A stretch of DNA of 64,000 nt from an uncultured Clostridium sp. (GTDB taxonomy: Bacteria; Bacillota; Clostridia; TANB77; CAG-508). The position numbers were made by a program, and so were the translations under genes. The notes below the pieces were generated by a model. That model was not told the origin of the DNA and ran no database searches. It was given only the letters and a program-made list of their open reading frames with translations. Every line of letters begins with the position of its first letter. Position 1 is the first letter of the stretch. The stretch lies in NCBI GenBank assembly GCA_902491155.1, contig CABUGH010000002.1, forward strand, positions 24,211 through 88,210, given 5' to 3'. Below are positions 58,161-64,000 of the stretch, in pieces.

Positions 58161-59306
58161 TTATCTATAATCTGTTACACTTAATGCAGGATATTGATAT
58201 GTTTCTCCTCCATCTGTAAATTGCCCATTTGATATATGATCTCTATTAATATATGAACTCCCCCTTAAAAAATATTTATATTTTGTTTCATTTCCAACTT
58301 TACCATTTCCTATAATTACAGGATCATCCCATGTACAATCAACAGCATACCAATTTTGATTTATTTGTACATAATTCCACGCATGATTTTCTGTTGTTCC
58401 ATTTGAATTTGTAGCTTTTCCTATTACCATAACACATGGAATATTCATATTATCTAACAAATATTTAAATGCTTTTGCATAACCCTCACAAACACATTTA
58501 TTTTTTACTAAAGCTCCATAAATATCATATATATTATTTTGTGATACTGCTGTATCATAATCAACATTATTTATCAAATAATCATGAGCCAATTTTATAT
58601 CACTATACACATTATTTGTTTTTTGTGTAACAATCTGATTTTTTGTTTGTTCTACCATCTTAATAGCCTCTTCTACTTCACTTTGTGAATTAAAATCATC
58701 TGTAAAATAATTTGGTTTGTCTCCATTATTTATAAAAACATTATATGTTTTTTTCTTTCTTTTTGTAATTGTTTCTATATTCAAATACAATTTATTTGCA
58801 GAAATATAAAAAACATCTGGATTGTCATATAAATATGTTTCTACTGCCGACTGATAATATTGTCCCAATAGATTTTCTCCATTTTCTTTTTCCAAAATAC
58901 TTGTAAATGATGTCCCTAAATCAATCCTAGCCGTTCCAGTTTTTAAATTCTCTTTATTAGATTCAAGAGCTTTATATATTGTTTTTGAATAATCATTTAA
59001 TTGATTATAAAAATATTTATTTATCTGAACATTACTATAATTTGTATCTTCTTTTGTTCCTGACGATGAATTTATTATTTGATTTATTTTATCTTTTACG
59101 ACTTGTGGTGTTGTTATCTTTTTTGAGTCTTGTACAGAGTTGTCTGTTGCTGGATTATATGTAGATACAAAATTTTCTACTATTTGACTTGAATCCTCAC
59201 CCATTATGTCTTGATATATTAATACTCCAAATAATCCTAGAACAACAATAATTAAAATCATCACAATTGTCATGATAAAACTTGCAAAACCATTTTTCAT
59301 ATTCAT
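58161..59306 (-). CDS. Membrane-anchored transglutaminase-like cysteine protease domain protein
   Basis: N-terminal TM; core C..GYAKAF....., HAWN and D (CVCEGYA...HAWNYV...AVDCTWDD). Confidence 0.8.
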   Translation of the reverse strand: MNMKNGFASFIMTIVMILIIVVLGLFGVLIYQDIMGEDSSQIVENFVSTYNPATDNSVQDSKKITTPQVVKDKINQIINSSSGTKEDTNYSNVQINKYFYNQLNDYSKTIYKALESNKENLKTGTARIDLGTSFTSILEKENGENLLGQYYQSAVETYLYDNPDVFYISANKLYLNIETITKRKKKTYNVFINNGDKPNYFTDDFNSQSEVEEAIKMVEQTKNQIVTQKTNNVYSDIKLAHDYLINNVDYDTAVSQNNIYDIYGALVKNKCVCEGYAKAFKYLLDNMNIPCVMVIGKATNSNGTTENHAWNYVQINQNWYAVDCTWDDPVIIGNGKVGNETKYKYFLRGSSYINRDHISNGQFTDGGETYQYPALSVTDYR

Positions 59307-59375
59307 CTTCCTTTTCTACTTTTCTTCACTCTTTATATTTTAACATAAACAATAAAAAAATGATAGACTTTTTTT

Positions 59376-59404
59376 GTATAGTTTTTAAAAAAATACAAAT
59401 ACTA
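59376..59404 (+). promoter_or_regulatory. Candidate forespore (sigma-G/F-type) promoter of the ger operon
   Basis: GTATA-N17-AATACTA versus the sigma-G consensus GHATR-N17/18-CATXHTA; 48 nt upstream of the ATG. Confidence 0.35.
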
Positions 59405-59452
59405 TTTTTAAATAATGTAAATTTTACAAATAAATAGAAAGGTAGTTTTTAT

Positions 59453-61177
59453 ATGAATTTCAAAAATATGTTATCATCACTTTTTACTTATACGCCAAAA
59501 GAAAAATATAATTTTGTTCTTTTAGAAAATAACAATGAAGATAATAAAAATAACCAAACAAATAAAAAAACTGAATCATCACTTAAAACTAAAGAAATTT
59601 TTCCTGCTCTTTCTGTAAATTTAGAATATGTAAAAACCAAATATAATTCTATAATTAATAGTGATATCATAATTAGAGAATTTATATTAAATGCACGTGG
59701 CAAACAATATTCCGCTTTTCTACTTTATATTGATGGTATGATTGATACAGAAATTATGAATAAATTTATTTTAGAGCCACTAATGCTCAGAAATAAAAGC
59801 AATACTTTTGAAGGTGACCAAAATAGAATTATTTCAGAAGCTGTTACAAATAATATAACTGTTAGAAAGGTAAAAAAATTCGATTTAACAGAATATATTT
59901 TAAGTTGCCTAATGCCCCAAAACTCTGTGGAACAATATTCCGATTTTGAAAAAGTTTTTGAAGATGTAAATTCTGGTAATTGCGCTTTATTTATAGATAC
60001 TTTAAATATTGCATTTGACATTGATGTTAAAGGATTTAAACAACGTAATGTAGAAAAACCTCAAAACGAAATTGTTATAAAAGGCGCTCATGAAGCTTTT
60101 GTAGAAAATATCCGTACAAATACATCTTTAATTCGCCGTAATGTTCATAACGAAAATCTTGTAATAGAAAATATATCTGTTGGAAAAATAACAAAAACCA
60201 ATTGTGCTCTTTGTTATATTCAAGATATTGCAAATTCCGACTTAGTTGCTGAAGCACGCTATAGATTAAGCAATTTAAATGTTGATTCATTACTTTCTTC
60301 TGGACAACTAGAACAATTAATTATAGATTCCAATATTATAAATGTACCACAAATTCTATCCACTGAAAGGCCTGATAAAGCAAGTAGTTATTTATTAGAT
60401 GGTAGAATAGTATTTTTAGTAAATGGCACTCCATATGCATTAATTGCACCTGCAATTTTTACTGATTTTTTAGGTTCTCCTGATGATAAAAATATGAAAT
60501 CCACATTTTCAAATTTTGTTAAAGGTATTCGTATTTTAGCTGCTTTTTTCACTTTATTGTTACCTGGAATTTATGTTGCAGTTAACAGCTTCCATTCAGA
60601 AGTTTTGCCTACAGATTTGCTTTTTTCCATATTAGCATCAAGAGAAAATGTACCATTTCCTGTAATTTTTGAAATCTTAATTTTGGAAATATCATTTGAA
60701 CTAATAAGAGAAGCTGGTTTAAGAGTTCCCGCACCTATTGGAACTACTATTAGTATTGTTGGTGCACTAGTTTTAGGACAAGCCGCAGTTTCTGCTGGTA
60801 TTGTTAGTCCTATTTTAGTAATTGTTGTTGCCATGACTGGTATTTCATCTTTTGCCATTCCTGACTTTTCATTTAGCTTTCACCTACGCCTATATCGTTT
60901 TATATTTATGTTTTTAGGTTATTGCTGTGGATTTTTAGGAATCGGACTTGGTGTTTTTGCATATATTTGCGTTTTGTGTGATATAAAATCTTTTGGTGTT
61001 CCTTATACAGCTGGTATATCACCATGGAATAAAACAAAAGGACATTCATATTTTTTACCACCAATATGGAAACGCGATTATCGTGCTAATTATTTAGATA
61101 CAAAAAGATCTGCAAAACAAGAAAAAATTGCTATGAAATGGAAATTTCCATTTTTAAAGGAGGAAGATATTAAATGA
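59453..61177 (+). CDS. Spore germination receptor, GerA (A-subunit) family
   Basis: Typical GerA-family C-terminal membrane block (PFPVIFEILILEISFELIREAGLRVP..IG...SIVGALVLGQAAV). Confidence 0.9.
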   Translation: MNFKNMLSSLFTYTPKEKYNFVLLENNNEDNKNNQTNKKTESSLKTKEIFPALSVNLEYVKTKYNSIINSDIIIREFILNARGKQYSAFLLYIDGMIDTEIMNKFILEPLMLRNKSNTFEGDQNRIISEAVTNNITVRKVKKFDLTEYILSCLMPQNSVEQYSDFEKVFEDVNSGNCALFIDTLNIAFDIDVKGFKQRNVEKPQNEIVIKGAHEAFVENIRTNTSLIRRNVHNENLVIENISVGKITKTNCALCYIQDIANSDLVAEARYRLSNLNVDSLLSSGQLEQLIIDSNIINVPQILSTERPDKASSYLLDGRIVFLVNGTPYALIAPAIFTDFLGSPDDKNMKSTFSNFVKGIRILAAFFTLLLPGIYVAVNSFHSEVLPTDLLFSILASRENVPFPVIFEILILEISFELIREAGLRVPAPIGTTISIVGALVLGQAAVSAGIVSPILVIVVAMTGISSFAIPDFSFSFHLRLYRFIFMFLGYCCGFLGIGLGVFAYICVLCDIKSFGVPYTAGISPWNKTKGHSYFLPPIWKRDYRANYLDTKRSAKQEKIAMKWKFPFLKEEDIK

Positions 61178-62292
61178 CAGATTCAAAAATAACATCAACA
61201 GAAGCCATTTTTTTAGTAGTCACAATATTTGTTGCACATACATTATCATCACTTCCTCAAAATTTAATTAATAATACAAAATCCAGCACTATTATTAATT
61301 TAATTTATATTGGTATTATTGTTACATTAATTAGCTACCTTATATATAGATTACTTAAAAATTTTGGTTCACAAGATATTATTGATATTTCAGAATATCT
61401 TGGTGGTAAAATCTTTAAAAACATAATAGGATGTATTTTTATTATATATCTTGTTATTAGTAGTTCTAGCCTTTTAAAAGATTTTTGCGAAGGTTTGCAT
61501 ATTGCCTTTTTCCCAATGACAAATGTTTCGTACATTATTATATCTTTTGTAATTGTTTTATTTATTACAAATTCACTTTCATTTGGAAGCAATATTAAAG
61601 CTATTTCCATTGTGTTTCCAATTGTTTTAGCAAGTATTGTATTTTTATTTATAGGAAATATTAGTCATTTTTCTTACGAAAATTTTTTTCCTATATTAGG
61701 CAAAGGATTTGTTAACACTTTTATAACAGGTATTGGAAATATCGGAGCTCTTGGTGGCATTTTTCTTTTGTATTTTTTACCACCATATTTAAAAAAGCCC
61801 GAAAAAATGAAAAAAATTTGTATATTATCAGTAATTATAGGATCTATATATTTAATTTTATGCTTAGCAACAATAGTCCTTATGTTTTCACTTTTTGTTG
61901 GAACTGGTAAAGTTCTTCCACTTTACTCTGCTGCTAGATATATTGAATTTGGTACATTTTTCCAAAGACTAGAATCACTATTTATGGTTATTTGGATATT
62001 AGAAATATGCTGTTACCTTGTTATTATAAATCGTTTTTCAATTAGTATAATACAAAAATTAACTAATATTGAGGATCAAAAGTCTTTAGCATTTATATAT
62101 CCCCTATTAATATTAGGAGTTTCTTTATTATCTAAAAATTATGCTACAATCAGGTATTTTGAATCAAAAATATATTTTTATTTAGTCTATTTTATAGTAT
62201 TAGGACTTGGCATCGGCATTTTAATTTTAGCAAACCTAAAAAAAAGAAAAATTAAAAATATTGAAAGAAAGGATAGTGAAACATTAGAATGA
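61174..62292 (+). CDS. Spore germination receptor B-subunit (APC-type permease)
   Basis: 10-TM protein, ATGA overlap with the A-subunit gene, GGAGGA RBS. Confidence 0.85.
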   Translation: MTDSKITSTEAIFLVVTIFVAHTLSSLPQNLINNTKSSTIINLIYIGIIVTLISYLIYRLLKNFGSQDIIDISEYLGGKIFKNIIGCIFIIYLVISSSSLLKDFCEGLHIAFFPMTNVSYIIISFVIVLFITNSLSFGSNIKAISIVFPIVLASIVFLFIGNISHFSYENFFPILGKGFVNTFITGIGNIGALGGIFLLYFLPPYLKKPEKMKKICILSVIIGSIYLILCLATIVLMFSLFVGTGKVLPLYSAARYIEFGTFFQRLESLFMVIWILEICCYLVIINRFSISIIQKLTNIEDQKSLAFIYPLLILGVSLLSKNYATIRYFESKIYFYLVYFIVLGLGIGILILANLKKRKIKNIERKDSETLE

Positions 62293-63530
62293 AAAAAACT
62301 ATCAAAGTATTATGTATTATTATTATATTTGTATTGTTAACACTATTTTTTTCAGCATCTTATTCTAAATTCATAATAGATAATATTGCAGTCGTTGTAG
62401 CCATGGGAATTGATGTTGATTCAGATTCAAGCTCAAAAAACAATTTAAAAGTCTCTTTTCAATTTATTGATGCTTCTTCCGTATCAGAATCCGGTAGTTC
62501 TGAGACAGCACCAGCAGTCCTAAAAACAGTATCTGCATCTTCTATAAGTTCAGCCATAAATTTAATAGATAGCTATGTTAATAATGAAATAACATTATCA
62601 CATTGTAAATTAATTGTTTTTTCAGAAGAGATTGCAAAAAAAGGAATAACTGATGACATTTATACTTTAATAAATAACATCCAAGTTCGTCCAACTGCAA
62701 ATATAGTAATTAGTAAATGCACAGCCGAAAGTTATTTAGAAAATTCAAAACCACTATTTGAGCCATTAATTTCAAAATATTACGAACAATTTGTAAATTC
62801 AAGTCTTTACACAGGATATACAACAAATGCTACTCTTGGAGATTTTTTTGATAGAATGGTCTGTTATGCATGTGAACCTTCTGCAATTTTAGGTGGCATC
62901 AATTTAAATCTACAAGATTCAGATAACAAAAATACAGCAACTGTTAACAAAGAAGCTTTAGATAAATCCAATTTTTCTAGTTTAAAAGGAAGCACAAGCT
63001 CTGAAAATATTGGTATTGCAGTTTTTAAAGATGGTACTCTTGTAGGTGAATTAAATGCAATAGAATCTTTAGCATATATGTGTATTAGTAACAATTTAAA
63101 AGGTTTCCAAATTTCAGTTCCTAATCCAAATGTAGAAAATGCATATATTGATGTATATTTAACCCCTTCTAAACCATCAAAAACTAAAGTTTCACTAGTT
63201 AATGGCTCTCCATATATTAATGTTAATTGCCAATTTTCTGGTCAAATATTATCTATGGAAAAAAATGCAAATTACTTAGAAGCATCTTCACTTTCAAAAA
63301 TTTCTGACTCGTGTAACAGATATTTAGAATATGTTTTTAGTCAATATTTATACAAAACATCTAAAGAATTTAAAAGTGACATTAATGGATTTGGAAAAAA
63401 TGCTAAAAAATTATTTGCCACTTCAGAAAAATTTGAAAATTATAATTGGAGAGATACTTATTCAGATAGCTTTTTCAATGTACATGTTAAAGTCAATGTA
63501 AAATCTGCCTCATTAATTAGTAATTCTTAA
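62289..63530 (+). CDS. Spore germination receptor C-subunit, Ger(x)C family
   Basis: Position and size typical; overlaps the B-subunit stop; the N-terminal hydrophobic segment lacks an obvious lipobox cysteine at the usual place. Confidence 0.8.
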   Translation: MKKTIKVLCIIIIFVLLTLFFSASYSKFIIDNIAVVVAMGIDVDSDSSSKNNLKVSFQFIDASSVSESGSSETAPAVLKTVSASSISSAINLIDSYVNNEITLSHCKLIVFSEEIAKKGITDDIYTLINNIQVRPTANIVISKCTAESYLENSKPLFEPLISKYYEQFVNSSLYTGYTTNATLGDFFDRMVCYACEPSAILGGINLNLQDSDNKNTATVNKEALDKSNFSSLKGSTSSENIGIAVFKDGTLVGELNAIESLAYMCISNNLKGFQISVPNPNVENAYIDVYLTPSKPSKTKVSLVNGSPYINVNCQFSGQILSMEKNANYLEASSLSKISDSCNRYLEYVFSQYLYKTSKEFKSDINGFGKNAKKLFATSEKFENYNWRDTYSDSFFNVHVKVNVKSASLISNS

Positions 63531-63551
63531 TTACACAAGAAAGGAGCCACA

Positions 63552-63731
63552 ATGCAACTATTTTTTAACGTTTTTACCTTAATTTTTTCAATTGGTCTTG
63601 GAATTCATTCAATTGCCTATGGTTTATATGAAATTAGGCAAAATAAAAATAAGGCAGGTGGAATAGTTTTTATACTATTCAGCCTAGCCATATTAATTTT
63701 TGCCAATATTGTACTAATATTTAAATCTTAA
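63552..63731 (+). CDS. Small two-TM protein (59 aa) ending the ger operon
   Basis: Hand-translated MQLFFNVFTLIFSIGLGIHSIAYGLYEIRQNKNKAGGIVFILFSLAILIFANIVLIFKS; AAGGAG RBS 7 nt upstream; below the track cut-off. Confidence 0.55.
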   Translation: MQLFFNVFTLIFSIGLGIHSIAYGLYEIRQNKNKAGGIVFILFSLAILIFANIVLIFKS

Positions 63732-64000
63732 ACTATTTCAAAATCTATTTGCCTTAACATTTTACTTGCTGATTTTACTTTTATTTTTACTTTATCTCCT
63801 ATTTGATAGGTTGTATTGGTCTTTTCTCCAATCAGCCTTTTTCTATTCTCATCATAAATAAAATACTCATTTCCTAAATCTTCAAATCTAATTAAGCCTT
63901 CTACAGTATTTGGTAATTCTACAAACATACCAAACTGAGTAACTGATGATACAATTCCTTCATATTCTTCTCCAATTTTATTCTCCATGTATTCAGCCTT
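63728..64000 (-). CDS. rnr: Ribonuclease R, C-terminal S1 domain (3' part only; gene continues beyond window end)
   Basis: IGEEYEGIVSSVTQFGMFVELPNTVEGLIRFEDL...IDFEIV-stop is the typical RNase R terminal S1 domain; the frame is open to position 64000. Confidence 0.7.
   Translation of the reverse strand, partial: KAEYMENKIGEEYEGIVSSVTQFGMFVELPNTVEGLIRFEDLGNEYFIYDENRKRLIGEKTNTTYQIGDKVKIKVKSASKMLRQIDFEIV

Noticed and set aside
1-64000. Looked for the missing DGR parts (template repeat, reverse transcriptase, avd) anywhere in the window
   Set aside because: By eye there is no second copy of the 35312-35446 sequence, no AAC-rich near-repeat (the only GTTGTTG/AACAAC runs lie inside nrdD, rny, gerA and vanW coding sequence) and no RT-like ORF (no YxDD motif protein). 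The DGR claim is therefore limited to the VR-like signature.

Overview
Low-GC (about 25-30% by eye) chromosomal segment of a spore-forming Firmicute, probably Clostridia-like. Most genes lie on the - strand and form a housekeeping backbone with Bacillus/Clostridium-type synteny: nrdDG, feoAB, spoVS-ymdB-rny, T-box-controlled type-2 ileS, clpC, polC-rseP-cdsA-uppS-frr-pyrH, tsf-rpsB, typA and cmk. Sporulation and germination genes are also present (spoVB-like, ylbJ, sigK, a gerA-type receptor operon). Accessory DNA interrupts conserved gene pairs at four places. (1) A 3.3-kb island between tsf and pyrH carries remnants of three IS families. It also carries a pilin-leader surface protein whose FGE/C-type-lectin C-terminus ends in an A-depleted, ~60% GC, NNC/NNT-codon stretch that looks like a diversity-generating-retroelement variable region; no RT or template is in the window. 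(2) A + strand two-gene cassette between the trmR-like methyltransferase and its U32 peptidase partner encodes two very divergent RelA/SpoT-like proteins, one apparently catalytically degenerate. (3) A five-ORF operon of unknown function with a palindromic operator lies next to sigK, bracketed by serine-recombinase and MobV-relaxase remnants and followed by cadCA. (4) An orphan gene plus a ~116-bp repeat sits between rny and ymdB. Other observations: three paralogous promoter/5'UTR/leader modules driving unrelated surface domains, a GC-rich REP-like hairpin family, a clpC frameshift in a homopolymer, and a tandem OB-domain duplication in PolC. All functional calls rest on motif recognition by eye; no searches were run.
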